From Thermodesulfobacteriota bacterium (GTDB lineage: Bacteria > Desulfobacterota > Desulfobaccia > Desulfobaccales > 0-14-0-80-60-11), in the NCBI GenBank assembly GCA_040757175.1, contig JBFLXM010000032.1:7448-71447 (forward strand): a stretch of DNA of 64,000 nucleotides. The letters are read 5' to 3'. A program made the translations under genes and the position numbers. The notes beneath the pieces were generated by a model, which was not told the origin of the DNA, searched no databases, and saw nothing but the letters and a program-made list of their open reading frames with translations. Of the stretch, positions 10,452-22,445 are shown piece by piece; position 1 is the stretch's first letter; every line of letters starts with the position of its first letter.

Positions 10452-11780
10452 ATGACCCTTGCTCCCAAGTTGGACCCCGCGGTCTGGCAGCCGGAAATCG
10501 AGATAATCCCCTACCGGCTGGATAACGGCCTGCAATTATTCGTGCTCCCCGACCACCGGGTGCCCATGGTCTCTTTGCAGCTCCACTACCACGTGGGCTC
10601 CCGGTTTGAGCTCCAGGGCATCACCGGCATCAGCCACCTCTTCGAGCACCTGATGTTCCGGGGGTCGGAGACCCTGGGCCCCGAGGAATTCTCCCGCATC
10701 CTCCAGGCCAAGGGCGGGGAGATCAACGCCTTCACCACCCGGGACCACACCTCCTACTTCGAAAACCTGCCCGCGGAGCACCTGGAACTGGGTCTGCAAT
10801 TGGAGGCCGACCGCCTGGCCAACCTGAAGCTGAACGATGAGAACTTCCAGACCGAACGCCAGGTGGTCATCAGCGAGCGGAAGCTGCGCTCCGTGGACAG
10901 TCCCTTCGGCCTGGTCCTGGAGCAGCTCTTTGCCGGGGCCTTCACCCAGCACCCCTACCAGTGGCCGGTGATCGGCTGGGACCAGGACCTCAAGCGCATG
11001 AGCCTGCGGGAATGCCTGTCCTATTACCAGACCTATTATCACCCCGGCAACCTGACGGTGGTCGTCGCCGGGGACGCGGAGCCGGACGCGGCCCGGGACC
11101 TGGTGGACCGATACCTGGGGAAGCTCCCCAGCCCGGGGCCCCCCCGCCCTCTCATCGTCCAGGAGCCCCCCCAGCGGGGGGAGCGCCGCGCGGTCCTCAA
11201 GAAGGTGTCCCAGGTGGAGGCCCTGTTCGCGGGGTTTCATATCGTGGGCATGGATCATCCGGACATCTATCCCCTCTCTCTTTTGGCCATCATCCTCTCC
11301 GGGGGCAAATCCTCCCGCTTCTACCAGGAGTTCGTGCGGCCGGGCCGGGCGGTGGAGATGGAGGCGGAGATCGCGCCGCCCCCCTGGACCAGCGAAGACC
11401 CGGACCTGATGGTCATGACCGCCATTGCCGCGCCCGGGCAACCTCTGCCCCAACTGGAAGAAGACCTGTGGGCCGCGCTGGCCCGTCTCCAGAAAGACGG
11501 CGCACAGCCGGGGGAACTGGCCCGGGCCCAGAAACTTCTCCGGGCCCAGGCCGCCCGGGGCTTGTCCCAGAATTTCTACCGGGGCCTGCTGGTGGGCCTC
11601 TTCCACCTGAAGACCGGGGACGCCGGCCGGGTCAACCAACTGCTTAAACTCTACGAGGCGGTCACCCTGGAAGACGTGCAGCGGGTGGCCCAACAGTACC
11701 TCCGGGAAGACAACCGCACCGTCGTCACCCTGAAACCGGTCTCTCCGGAAGAGAGCCAGGCTTTGGGGGAGATGGTTTGA
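10452..11780 (+). CDS. M16 (pitrilysin/insulinase) family zinc peptidase, catalytic-type subunit
   Basis: HxxEH zinc motif (ISHLFEHLMFRGS) and M16 architecture. ATG at 10452 after GGAGGA; the track's TTG start lies inside the heptamer array. Confidence 0.85.
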   Translation: MTLAPKLDPAVWQPEIEIIPYRLDNGLQLFVLPDHRVPMVSLQLHYHVGSRFELQGITGISHLFEHLMFRGSETLGPEEFSRILQAKGGEINAFTTRDHTSYFENLPAEHLELGLQLEADRLANLKLNDENFQTERQVVISERKLRSVDSPFGLVLEQLFAGAFTQHPYQWPVIGWDQDLKRMSLRECLSYYQTYYHPGNLTVVVAGDAEPDAARDLVDRYLGKLPSPGPPRPLIVQEPPQRGERRAVLKKVSQVEALFAGFHIVGMDHPDIYPLSLLAIILSGGKSSRFYQEFVRPGRAVEMEAEIAPPPWTSEDPDLMVMTAIAAPGQPLPQLEEDLWAALARLQKDGAQPGELARAQKLLRAQAARGLSQNFYRGLLVGLFHLKTGDAGRVNQLLKLYEAVTLEDVQRVAQQYLREDNRTVVTLKPVSPEESQALGEMV

Positions 11781-11783
11781 GAC

Positions 11784-11861
11784 GAGTTCCGAGTTCCAGG
11801 TTCCCAGTTCCAAGTTAAACTTCGAACTCGAACCTGGAATCTGGAACTTGGAACTTGCAAC
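11784..11861. repeat. Inverted pair of heptamer arrays (GTTCCAG-type arm / CTGGAAC-type arm)
   Basis: gagttccgagttccaggttcccagttccaagtt followed by aacttcgaactcgaacctggaatctggaacttggaacttgcaac. The two arms are reverse complements in repeat unit and fill the gap between the two M16 genes. Confidence 0.85.
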
Positions 11862-11880
11862 TTTAAAAAGGATTAACCAC

Positions 11881-13188
11881 ATGGCGGAGTATATTCCAGA
11901 GATTCATCAAGCAGTCTTGCCTGGAGGGATGCGTCTTTTAGGGGTGGAGTACGACCGGGTCCCCTGGCTGAGCCTCACTTTTATGGCCAAACGGGGGGCG
12001 GAGGCCGATCCTCCGGCCAAGGGGGGAGTGGCGGATTGGACCGCGGAGTTTCTCACCCTGGGCACCCGCAAACGGACCCAGTTGCAGTTGGCCACGGACA
12101 TCGAGGCCCGGGGCGCGGCCCTGTCCGCCCGGGGCGGCTGGGATGCCACCCTGGTAAGCCTGGAAGGGCTGGCCGAGGATCTCCCGGAACTCATGGCCAC
12201 CCTGGCGGAGGTGGTGCAGACCCCTGCGTTTCCGGCAGAAGAGTTTCCCCTGCTGCAGGACCGGCGGGCCGCGGAGTTGGCCCATCTCCTGGATGACCCC
12301 CGGGAATTGGCCAACCGCCGCTTTACCCGTCTCTTTTTCGGGGACGCGGCCTATGGCCATCCGGTGACCGGGGACCTGGAGACCCTGGAGGCCATCGGCC
12401 TGGAGGACCTGAAGAAATTCTACCACCGGGAATTCACCCCCGGGGACTCCACCCTGGTGGTGGTGGGCATGGCGCCATTTGCCCGGATGCAAGAGGAAGC
12501 CGGAAAACTCTGGGGGGGCTGGCAGGGCGGCGGCCCGGCCAGCGCCCCTTACACCCAGGCTCCGGAGCGGCTCTGCTCCCCCGGCGTCTACCTCCTGGAC
12601 CGCCCGGACCTGACCCAGAGCGAGATCCGGCTGGGGCACCTGGGCCTGCCCCGGTCCCATCCGGATTACTTTCCCTTAAGGCTGGTGAACTATATTTTGG
12701 GTGAAGGGGGGTTTTCCTCCCGGCTGATGACCCGCATCCGCTCGGATTTGGGGTGCACTTACGGCATTCGCAGCACCTTCCACTTCCGCCGGGCCCCCGG
12801 TCCTTTTGTGATCTCCACCTTCACCCCCGGGGCCCAGACCGCGCTGGTGGTCAAGGAGATCAAGGCGGTGGTGCAAGAGGTCATGGAAAACGGCATTACT
12901 GAACAGGAACTGGCCGAAGCACAAAGTTACTATGTGGGGCACTTCCCCTTGGGTCTGGAGACCCCCCGGCACCTGGGCAGCCGGGTGGTGTCCATGGATC
13001 TTTATAACCTGGGGTGGGATTATCTGCGGCGCTACCGGGAACGGATCCAGGAAGTTACCCTGAGTGCGGCCCAGGAAGCGGCCCGGAAGCATCTGCAACC
13101 GGACGCTTTGGTGGCGCTGGTGGTGGGGCCTGCGGCCCAATGCGCCAAAGACCTGGAAGGCTTGGGGCCCTTGGAGATGATTAGCTGA
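11881..13188 (+). CDS. M16 family peptidase, second (non-HxxEH) subunit
   Basis: 436 aa. It pairs with the upstream M16 gene, has the M16 C-terminal domain pattern and no HxxEH motif. ATG at 11881. Confidence 0.8.
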   Translation: MAEYIPEIHQAVLPGGMRLLGVEYDRVPWLSLTFMAKRGAEADPPAKGGVADWTAEFLTLGTRKRTQLQLATDIEARGAALSARGGWDATLVSLEGLAEDLPELMATLAEVVQTPAFPAEEFPLLQDRRAAELAHLLDDPRELANRRFTRLFFGDAAYGHPVTGDLETLEAIGLEDLKKFYHREFTPGDSTLVVVGMAPFARMQEEAGKLWGGWQGGGPASAPYTQAPERLCSPGVYLLDRPDLTQSEIRLGHLGLPRSHPDYFPLRLVNYILGEGGFSSRLMTRIRSDLGCTYGIRSTFHFRRAPGPFVISTFTPGAQTALVVKEIKAVVQEVMENGITEQELAEAQSYYVGHFPLGLETPRHLGSRVVSMDLYNLGWDYLRRYRERIQEVTLSAAQEAARKHLQPDALVALVVGPAAQCAKDLEGLGPLEMIS

Positions 13189-13209
13189 AATTAGGTCTAT
13201 ATTTTTTAG

Positions 13210-13238
13210 TTGACAAATCTTTTGCGATGTTATGAGAT
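13210..13238 (+). promoter_or_regulatory. Candidate sigma70-type promoter of dsrA
   Basis: TTGACA (13210-13215), a 17-nt spacer, then TGAGAT, about 70 nt upstream of the dsrA ATG in an AT-rich gap. Confidence 0.4.
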
Positions 13239-13304
13239 AGGAAAGATATTGTGAAAAAAAGGATAAGCCCTTTGGGGACCATTTAACAAGGGAGGAGAGT
13301 TTTC

Positions 13305-14543
13305 ATGCATAAAACCCCGTTGTTGGATCAACTGGAGTCCGGTCCGTGGCCCAGCTTCATTACAGACTTGAAGCGGGTTGCCGCCCGGAAAAAATCCGCC
13401 GCGGATTTGTTAGGAGTGTTGGAACGGTCCTACAAGGACAAGATCACCCACTGGAAGCACGGCGGCATCGTCGGCGTCCTGGGGTACGGCTCCGGCATCA
13501 TCGGCCGCTACACCGATCTGCCCGAAGAATTTCCCGGCGTGGAGCATTTCCACACGGTGCGCGTCAACCAGCCCTCCGGCTGGTTTTATACCACCCAGGC
13601 CCTGCGGGAACTGTGCGAGATCTGGGATGAGCACGGCAGCAGCATTTTAAACGTGCACGGCTCCACCGGGGACATGATCTTCCTGGGCACCACCACCGAT
13701 CAGTTGGAACCCTGTTTCGCCAAGCTGACCGCCAAGGGCTGGGACCTGGGCGGCTCCGGTTCGGCCATGCGCAGCCCCTCTTGCTGCGTGGGCATGGCCC
13801 GCTGCGAATGGTCCTGCTATGACACCATGGACCTGTGCTACCAGGCTACCCAGAACTTCCAGTTCGAGATGCACCGCCCGTCCTTCCCCTATAAATTCAA
13901 GATCAAATGCTCCGGCTGCCCCAACGACTGTGTGGCTGCCGTGGCCCGGGCGGACATGAGCGTCATCGGCGTCTGGAAAGACGACATCCGCATCGACCAG
14001 GCTGCAGTGAAGGCCTATGCCGGTGGCGAACTGAAGCCCCGGGGCGGCGCCACCAAGTACGCCAAGATAGATGTCAAGGCCGACGTCACCGACCTCTGCC
14101 CCACCGCCTGCATGAGCTATGACGGCAGCAAGCTGAGCATCGACAACAAGAACTGCAACCATTGCATGCACTGCATCAGCCTGATGCCCCAGGCCCTGCG
14201 CCCCGGCACCGAGACCGGCGCCACCCTGCTCCTGGGCTCCCACGCCCCCATCCTGGAAGGCGCGCAGATGAGCTGGGTCATCGTGCCTTTCATGGCCATG
14301 GAGCCGCCTTATGATGATTTCATGGAACTGGTCACCAACATCACCGAGTGGTGGTCGGAAAACGGCAAAAACCGGGAGCGCGTGGGCGAACTCATGCTGC
14401 GCCTGGGCATGCGGGCCTTCTTCCAAGGTGTAGGACTGGAACCCCCGGCGCAGACCGTCAGAACTCCCCGGGCCAACCCCTTCTTCTTCTGGCACCAGGA
14501 AGACTTTGACGCTGAGGCCGCGGGCCGCAAGTACATTAAATAA
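13305..14543 (+). CDS. dsrA: Dissimilatory sulfite reductase alpha subunit
   Basis: MHKTPLLDQLESGPWPSFITDLKR.., siroheme/FeS cysteine clusters (CCVGMARCEW, CSGCPNDC) and a ferredoxin-like insert. Immediately followed by dsrB. Confidence 0.95.
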   Translation: MHKTPLLDQLESGPWPSFITDLKRVAARKKSAADLLGVLERSYKDKITHWKHGGIVGVLGYGSGIIGRYTDLPEEFPGVEHFHTVRVNQPSGWFYTTQALRELCEIWDEHGSSILNVHGSTGDMIFLGTTTDQLEPCFAKLTAKGWDLGGSGSAMRSPSCCVGMARCEWSCYDTMDLCYQATQNFQFEMHRPSFPYKFKIKCSGCPNDCVAAVARADMSVIGVWKDDIRIDQAAVKAYAGGELKPRGGATKYAKIDVKADVTDLCPTACMSYDGSKLSIDNKNCNHCMHCISLMPQALRPGTETGATLLLGSHAPILEGAQMSWVIVPFMAMEPPYDDFMELVTNITEWWSENGKNRERVGELMLRLGMRAFFQGVGLEPPAQTVRTPRANPFFFWHQEDFDAEAAGRKYIK

Positions 14544-14614
14544 TCAGGCTGTGCTTCCCACAGCTCCATGATCCGGCCCCGTGCCGATTGCCTAAGTAAG
14601 GAGGAATAAGGAAA

Positions 14615-15685
14615 ATGGCTGAGCGTATTACTGATATCGGTCCCCCGAAATATGACAAGTTCTTGCCGCCCGTCATCAAAGACAACTACGGCAAGTGGAA
14701 ATACCACGAAATTCTGGAACCCGGCGTGCTGATGCATGTCTCGGAATCCGGGGCGAAAATCTTTTCCGTGCGGGGTGGCTCCGGCCGCCTGGTAACCACC
14801 GATTTCATCAAAGACGTCTGCGATATCGCCGACAAGTTCTGTGACGGTTATCTGCGGTTTACCAGCCGGAATAACGTGGAGTTCCTGCTCACCGACCAGA
14901 GCAAGATCGCCGGCGTGAAAGACGCTTGCAAAAAGATGGGCATCCCCATCGGCGCCACCGGCCACTCGGTGAGCAACATCGTCCACACCCAGGGCTGGGT
15001 GCACTGCCACACCCCGGCCATCGACGCCTCCGGGATCGTCAAGGCGGTGATGGACGACTTGTTCGATTACTTCGGCAGCCACCAACTGCCGGCCCAGGTG
15101 AGGATCGCCCTGGCTTGCTGCCTCAACATGTGCGGCGCGGTGCACTGCTCCGACATCGCCATCCTGGGGATTCACCGCACGGCCCCCAAAGTGGCCCACG
15201 AAAAACTGCGCCACCTTTGCGAAATTCCCACCACCATCGCTTCTTGCCCCACCGGCGCCATCCGGCCCCATCCGGACAAGAACATCAAGAGCGTGGTGAT
15301 CAACGAGCCCCGTTGCATGTACTGCGGCAACTGCTACACCATGTGCCCGGCCCTGCCGGTGTTCGACTCCGAGAAAGGCGGCGTGGCCCTGCTGGTGGGC
15401 GGCAAGGTCTCCAACTCCAAGAGCCCGCCCATCTTCTCCAAGCTGGCGGTGCCTTATCTGCCCAACAATCCGCCCCGGTGGCCGGAAGTGGTCCAGGCCA
15501 TCCGCAAGATCCTCACCAAGTACGCGGAAGGCGCCAACAAGTGGGAGCGCGTGGGCGAGTGGGTTAACCGCATCGGTTGGGAGAAGTTCTTCGAGGTTTG
15601 CGAGATTCCTTTCGTCTTCCAGCACATTGACGACTACCGGTGGGCCTATGACACCTACCGGACGTCGATGCATTTTAAATTCTAA
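14615..15685 (+). CDS. dsrB: Dissimilatory sulfite reductase beta subunit
   Basis: [32 protein letters not shown].., cysteine clusters ([33 protein letters not shown]). AAGGAGGA RBS. Confidence 0.95.
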   Translation: MAERITDIGPPKYDKFLPPVIKDNYGKWKYHEILEPGVLMHVSESGAKIFSVRGGSGRLVTTDFIKDVCDIADKFCDGYLRFTSRNNVEFLLTDQSKIAGVKDACKKMGIPIGATGHSVSNIVHTQGWVHCHTPAIDASGIVKAVMDDLFDYFGSHQLPAQVRIALACCLNMCGAVHCSDIAILGIHRTAPKVAHEKLRHLCEIPTTIASCPTGAIRPHPDKNIKSVVINEPRCMYCGNCYTMCPALPVFDSEKGGVALLVGGKVSNSKSPPIFSKLAVPYLPNNPPRWPEVVQAIRKILTKYAEGANKWERVGEWVNRIGWEKFFEVCEIPFVFQHIDDYRWAYDTYRTSMHFKF

Positions 15686-15698
15686 GCAGGTGAGATAA

Positions 15699-15944
15699 AT
15701 GGCACTATCCAAAGCAGAGTTGGTGGAATTCATCTATGAAATGGTGGCCAAGGCCCAGGGCAAGAAAAACCTGAAGGCCATGGACGTCCAAAAAGCCGTA
15801 CTCAAAGAGCATCCTGACCAGCCCAAGAACGACATCAAGTTCGCCATCAAGGATCTCATTGACGGCGGCCGTTGCGTCTACACCTACTTCGGCGGGAGCT
15901 ACATCGAAATCCCCCACGAGGAAGGCGCCGCCAAGAACATCTGA
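15699..15944 (+). CDS. dsrD: DsrD
   Basis: 81-aa winged-helix-like protein (..KKNLKAMDVQKAV..DIKFAIKDLIDGGRCVYTYFGGSYIEIP) directly after dsrB, the canonical position in reductive dsr operons. Confidence 0.85.
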   Translation: MALSKAELVEFIYEMVAKAQGKKNLKAMDVQKAVLKEHPDQPKNDIKFAIKDLIDGGRCVYTYFGGSYIEIPHEEGAAKNI

Positions 15945-17413
15945 TGTCTCGGTCCTGTCCCCGACTGCTGCTGGCAGCTCTCCGGGGCGGGGCCGGCAAG
16001 ACCACCTTGACCCTGGGGCTCCTGGCCGCTTGGCGGGACCAGGGGCGACGACTGGTGCCTTTTAAAAAGGGACCGGACTATATCGACCCCGCCTGGCACG
16101 CCCTGGCGGCCGGATGCCCCAGCCATAATCTGGACCCCTTCCTCATGGAGGGGGACCAGATTTTGGCTTTGGTGGCCCGCTACGCCCAAGCCGCAGACGG
16201 CATCCTGATTGAAGGCAACCGGGGGCTGTACGACGGCCTGGACGCCGAAGGCACCTCCAGTACCGCGGAACTTGCCAAAGCACTGGCCACGCCGGTGGTG
16301 CTGGTGGTGGACTGCACCATGCGCACCCGCACCACTGCGGCGCTGGTGCTCGGCTGTCAGCACTTCGATCCCCTTACTCCCATCCGGGGCGTCATCCTCA
16401 ACCAAATCGCCCGTCCCCGCCACGAAGCCCTGATCCGCAACGCCATCGAGCATTATTGCGGCCTGCCGGTGCTGGGGGCGTTGCCCCGGCTGAAGTGCGC
16501 GGTCTTTCCGGAGCGGCACATGGGCCTGGTGCCGCCCCAGGAGCACGCCAAGGCCCTGAAGGCGGTGGACACCGCCCGGGACCTGGCCCAGCGTTATCTG
16601 GACCTGGAGGGCCTCTGGCAGGTGGCCACCCAAGCCCCGCCGCTGCCCGAAGCGCAGATTTCCGAGCCGTTGCCGGTTAGCGGAGAACCGGTGACCATCG
16701 GCATTATCCGGGATTCCGCCTTCCAGTTCTATTATCCGGAGAACCTGGAGGCCCTGGAGCAAGAGGGGGCCAGATTGGTGGAGATCAGCGCCCTGGAGGA
16801 CCCTCTCCTCCCTGGGCAGATGGATGCCCTCTATATCGGCGGCGGCTTCCCGGAGACCCATGCCCGGCAGCTCTCGGAAAATCTGAGCTTCCGGAATGCC
16901 CTTAAAGCCGCGGCCCGGGCCGGCCTCCCCATTTACGCGGAATGCGGCGGCCTCATGTACCTGGGGGAGGCCATCGTCACCCAGGAGGGAAAATTTCCCA
17001 TGGTGGGCATCTTTCCCTATGAATTCATCATGGATAAAAGGCCCCAGGGGCACGGTTACACCATCCTGGAGGTGGCCCGGGATAATCCTTTCTTTTCCAC
17101 GGGGACCGTCCTCAAAGGCCATGAATTCCATTATTCCCGGATCCAACCGGAGCCGGGCCCCCAGGAGAACCTGGTCTTTACGGTCAACCGGGGCGCGGGC
17201 CTGGGGGGGCAGCGGGAAGGTTTGGTGTATCAAAACGTCCTGGCCACTTACACCCATCTCCATGCCCTGGGTTCGCCCCACTGGGCCCCCGCCCTGGTGC
17301 GCCGGGCCCGGGAATACCGCCGGGCCGCGCACCTCCCTGAAGCAAATCACCAACAAGGGGGGCATGAGGCCCCGGCGGCCCCTGACTCAAACCGGGTGAC
17401 GATTTTTTCCTAA
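15944..17413 (+). CDS. dsrN: Cobyrinic acid a,c-diamide synthase homologue (DsrN-type siroheme amidase by context)
   Basis: CbiA/CobB-like ATP-binding N-terminus (LLLAALRGGAGKTTLTLGL) and a C-terminal glutamine amidotransferase (ECGGLMYLG). The ATG overlaps the dsrD stop (cTGATG). The dsrN call rests on operon position. Confidence 0.8.
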   Translation: MSRSCPRLLLAALRGGAGKTTLTLGLLAAWRDQGRRLVPFKKGPDYIDPAWHALAAGCPSHNLDPFLMEGDQILALVARYAQAADGILIEGNRGLYDGLDAEGTSSTAELAKALATPVVLVVDCTMRTRTTAALVLGCQHFDPLTPIRGVILNQIARPRHEALIRNAIEHYCGLPVLGALPRLKCAVFPERHMGLVPPQEHAKALKAVDTARDLAQRYLDLEGLWQVATQAPPLPEAQISEPLPVSGEPVTIGIIRDSAFQFYYPENLEALEQEGARLVEISALEDPLLPGQMDALYIGGGFPETHARQLSENLSFRNALKAAARAGLPIYAECGGLMYLGEAIVTQEGKFPMVGIFPYEFIMDKRPQGHGYTILEVARDNPFFSTGTVLKGHEFHYSRIQPEPGPQENLVFTVNRGAGLGGQREGLVYQNVLATYTHLHALGSPHWAPALVRRAREYRRAAHLPEANHQQGGHEAPAAPDSNRVTIFS

Positions 17414-17494
17414 CCTTCCAGCCAGGTTTCCTGGCCGCAATTTTATCCACCGGCAGGGTTAGAATTTCTCGGCCCCTGGCCCCCAAAAGGGCAC

Positions 17495-17523
17495 TTGACC
17501 GAACCAGCCCGGCAGAATAAAAT
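17495..17523 (+). promoter_or_regulatory. Candidate sigma70-type promoter in the dsrN-ferredoxin gap
   Basis: TTGACC (17495-17500), an exact 17-nt spacer, then TAAAAT (17518-17523), about 190 nt upstream of the ferredoxin ATG. Confidence 0.5.
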
Positions 17524-17720
17524 GAAAATGGATCTGCGTGCGGCCTGGCAAGCGGCCGTATGGCCATCAAACCGGTGGAAGGTCCCCGGCCCTGGACCCG
17601 GGCCGCAAACTTGGCGCGGCTGGCAGGGCTTTTGGTAACGGGCCGCAGCCGCCGGATTTTTTCCCCGCCTGAATTGCACCAATTTCGGCTGGATGATTTT
17701 CTTAAAGGAGGAAAAGGTTA

Positions 17721-17909
17721 ATGGCTTGGCGTGTGGAAGTGGACACGGATAAATGCACCGGTGACGAAGAATGTGTTAATGTTTGCCCCGTGGGTGTTTT
17801 CGAGATGAAGGATGATAAAGCCGAGGTGGTCAACGAAGAAGAATGCCTGGGCTGCGAAAGCTGCATCGAGGTGTGCCCCTCCGCTGCACTTACCGTGACC
17901 GAAACTTAA
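17721..17909 (+). CDS. 2x[4Fe-4S]-type small ferredoxin
   Basis: 62 aa with CTGDEECVNVCP and CLGCESCIEVCP motifs. AAGGAGGA RBS. Confidence 0.88.
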   Translation: MAWRVEVDTDKCTGDEECVNVCPVGVFEMKDDKAEVVNEEECLGCESCIEVCPSAALTVTET

Positions 17910-17927
17910 AAGGCTTACTGAGTCGAC

Positions 17928-17965
17928 GAGGGCAGGAACCTCCGGTCCCTGCCCTCCCCTTTTTT
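17928..17965. terminator. Intrinsic terminator hairpin between the convergent ferredoxin and FKBP genes
   Basis: A 9-bp stem, GAGGGCAGG..CCTGCCCTC, followed by cccTTTTTT on the plus strand. Confidence 0.7.
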
Positions 17966-17988
17966 CCAACCCCGATTAAGCTGGAGTG

Positions 17989-18495
17989 TCAGGCCCTTCC
18001 CTCCATTTCCTCCTGGCAGGATTGGCATTCCTTCCGGGGGGTCAACTCCTCGGGGGTGGCCGGCCGCACTAAGATTACCCGCACTTCATAGTGCAGGTCA
18101 TGTCCGGCCAGGGGATGGTTCATATCCAAAATGACCCGGTCGCCGTCCACTTCCTTGACGGTCAGGGGATATTCCGGCGGAAAAGGCAGATTGGCGGGCA
18201 CCATTTTCTGGCCGGGACTGAGGTCCATCTCCGGCGGAAAGGATTTGCGGCTCCACTCCTGGGTGAAGTCAGGGTCGTAGGCGCCAAAGGCCTCGGCCGC
18301 AGGAATGATAAACTCCAGGGAGTCGTTCTCTGGTAAGCCCCAGAGACGCCGTTCCAGGCCCGGGAGAAGCTCCCCGCAGCCGGCCACAAAGGTGAGTAAT
18401 TCCGGTTCCTGGGCCGTCCCCCGGAGCCATTCCCCGTCATCCAGGCGCACCCGGTACTCCAGTTCCACATATTGATCCTGGGCAATGATTGCCAT
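17989..18495 (-). CDS. FKBP-type peptidyl-prolyl cis-trans isomerase (SlyD-like)
   Basis: MAIIAQDQYVELEYRVRLDDGE.. and NHPLAGHDLHYEVRV are typical of SlyD/FKBP2-type PPIases. The ATG at 18495 follows AAGGAG. Confidence 0.8.
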   Translation of the reverse strand: MAIIAQDQYVELEYRVRLDDGEWLRGTAQEPELLTFVAGCGELLPGLERRLWGLPENDSLEFIIPAAEAFGAYDPDFTQEWSRKSFPPEMDLSPGQKMVPANLPFPPEYPLTVKEVDGDRVILDMNHPLAGHDLHYEVRVILVRPATPEELTPRKECQSCQEEMEGRA

Positions 18496-18564
18496 CTTTT
18501 TCTCCTTGAAGAGTGTGTTATAATTGTCACCAAAGGGTGTCATTCTGTCAAGCGACCCTCAGCC

Positions 18565-19029
18565 ATGGATATGATTCGCAAGGCCCTGATTAAAGAAGTT
18601 CCGGAAATCTGGCGGATGCTCCACGATTTCGCCGATCATGACGTCTTGCCGCGCACCATGGCGGACCTGTACAGCCAGGTGCGGGAATATTTCATATTCC
18701 GGGAAGACCAGGGCCCCATCATCGGCGTGGCCGCGCTCCACGTCTTTTGGGAGGACCTGGGGGAAATCCGCTCCGTGGCGGTGATGCCGGATTTTCAACA
18801 AAAAGGCGTTGGCTCCCGCCTGGTGCAAAAATGCATTGCGGAAGCAGAATCCCTGGGGTTGCAAAAGGTCTTCGCCCTCACCACCCGGCCCCAATTTTTT
18901 CAACGCCTGGGTTTCCGCCAGGTTCCCAATGATGATCTCCCCAAGATTATCTGGAGCGAGTGTAAGGACTGCCTCAAGTTCCCGGATAAATGCAACGAAA
19001 TCCCCATGATTTTGGAATTGAGGGCATGA
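18565..19029 (+). CDS. GNAT family N-acetyltransferase
   Basis: Acetyl-CoA binding motif (VAVMPDFQQKGVGSRLV). Start set at the ATG at 18565; the longer track ORF overlaps the divergent FKBP gene. Confidence 0.75.
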   Translation: MDMIRKALIKEVPEIWRMLHDFADHDVLPRTMADLYSQVREYFIFREDQGPIIGVAALHVFWEDLGEIRSVAVMPDFQQKGVGSRLVQKCIAEAESLGLQKVFALTTRPQFFQRLGFRQVPNDDLPKIIWSECKDCLKFPDKCNEIPMILELRA

Positions 19030-19207
19030 GCTGAAAAATTTAATCTTTAAATAATTTATTAATGAATTAAGCTTATTAAGTGGAAATAACTGCGACCATC
19101 CCTTGCCCTGACTATAAATCGGGCATAAAATTAAATGAGGAAAGCGAGCGGCATATTTTAAATGACATCCGGATTATCGTCGCAGTTGCAATACTGAGGT
19201 GAGAATT

Positions 19208-19489
19208 ATGCGACCTAAAGTCACTATTGACTATACCATTCATATTTGGCAGGAAGGCAGTCAGTTTATTGCCCACGCCATGCCCCTGGATGTCATGAGC
19301 TCGGGTCCCACCCCGGATGTGGCCAGAAAGGCCTTGGACGAAGCCGTCAGGCTCTTCCTCCTTACCCTGGAGGATATGGGTACTACGGCCGTAATCCTTC
19401 AGGAATGCGGCTATCAATTGGATCAGGGAAGTTGGAAAAGCCCTTCTTGGGTTGCAACCGAAAGGCACTCCGCAGTGGTCGGTATTTAA
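19208..19489 (+). CDS. hicB: HicB-like (UPF0150) antitoxin
   Basis: Small protein with a HicB-like N-terminal fold pattern (YTIHIWQEGSQFIAHAMPLDVMSSGPTPDVARKALDEAV). It lies immediately upstream of and overlaps a HicA-like gene. Confidence 0.6.
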   Translation: MRPKVTIDYTIHIWQEGSQFIAHAMPLDVMSSGPTPDVARKALDEAVRLFLLTLEDMGTTAVILQECGYQLDQGSWKSPSWVATERHSAVVGI

Positions 19490-19727
19490 ATATCTGACCA
19501 GGATTGCTCCGGTCCATTGGAAGCTCCTGGAAAAGTTATTCCTGAACGCAGGATTTAAATTTGCCCGGCAGGAAGGTAATCATCGATCTTACATAAAACC
19601 CGGCATTTCCAGGCCCATCGTAATTCCCACTTATGACGAAGTCCCGGTTTCCATCATTAAAAACAATCTTAAAACTGCGGGAATTTCGAGAGAAGAATAC
19701 CTGGCGTTATTAAAAGACGCTTCATAA
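19452..19727 (+). CDS. hicA: HicA-family mRNA interferase toxin (start codon uncertain, probably near 19490)
   Basis: ..HWKLLEKLFLNAGFKFARQEGNHRSYIKPG..VIPTYDEVPVSIIKNNLKTAGISREEY matches the HicA/YcfA pattern (G-[ST/N]-H..., ..IP.H.e...g....Il...gi). Confidence 0.7.
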   Translation: MQPKGTPQWSVFKYLTRIAPVHWKLLEKLFLNAGFKFARQEGNHRSYIKPGISRPIVIPTYDEVPVSIIKNNLKTAGISREEYLALLKDAS

Positions 19728-19781
19728 ATAATCTACTAGACAGCCAGACCAAATCTGGTTCTTTGGTGATAACTAACAGAT

Positions 19782-22289
<2,508 letters not shown>

Positions 22290-22298
22290 ACAGACTTA

Positions 22299-22414
22299 AC
22301 CACAGAGGCACAAAGAGCACAGAGAAACACAGAGAGATATTTTTAGCCTTGGCGGCCAGGCCGCCAAGGCAAATTTTTTCTCTGTGGCCCTTTGTGCTCT
22401 CTGTGTCTTTGTGG
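22299..22414. repeat. Composite element: CACAGAG-type heptamer arm, GC hairpin, inverted CTCTGTG-type arm
   Basis: Left arm accacagaggcacaaagagcacagagaaacacagagag. Centre gccttggcggccaggccgccaaggc. Right arm ctctgtggccctttgtgctctctgtgtctttgtgg. A sister copy lies at 37992-38112. Confidence 0.85.
22346..22379 (+). terminator. Likely secA intrinsic terminator (the central hairpin of the composite element)
   Basis: Perfect 12-bp palindrome GCCTTGGCGGCC a GGCCGCCAAGGC, followed by aaaTTTTTT. Confidence 0.6.
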
Positions 22415-22445
22415 TAAATTTTTATTTTTTCTTAAAGAGGCTGAC

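Noticed and set aside
9315-11882. Minus-strand ORFs 9315-10340 (341 aa) and 10536-11882 (448 aa). Similar shadow ORFs: 19791-21119, 21120-22004, 32142-33338, 40245-40937, 54078-55016 and 7850-8638.
   Set aside because: Each overlaps a confidently assigned gene on the other strand (SBP, M16 peptidase, secA, hyuA-like, glmU, dnaX, lepB), and the translations are compositionally biased.
14309-17365. Long minus-strand ORFs 14309-15733 (474 aa) and 15899-17365 (488 aa) opposite dsrB and dsrN
   Set aside because: Antisense shadows of strongly supported genes, with G/P/R/A-rich translations and no recognisable motifs.
17522-17638. 38-codon Trp-rich ORF (MKMDLRAAWQAAVWPSNRWKVPGPGPGPQTWRGWQGFW) as a leader peptide for the ferredoxin
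   Set aside because: Its ATG overlaps the predicted -10 hexamer, so it would lie upstream of or at the transcription start, and there is no RBS. The Trp richness is explained by TGG-rich GC sequence.
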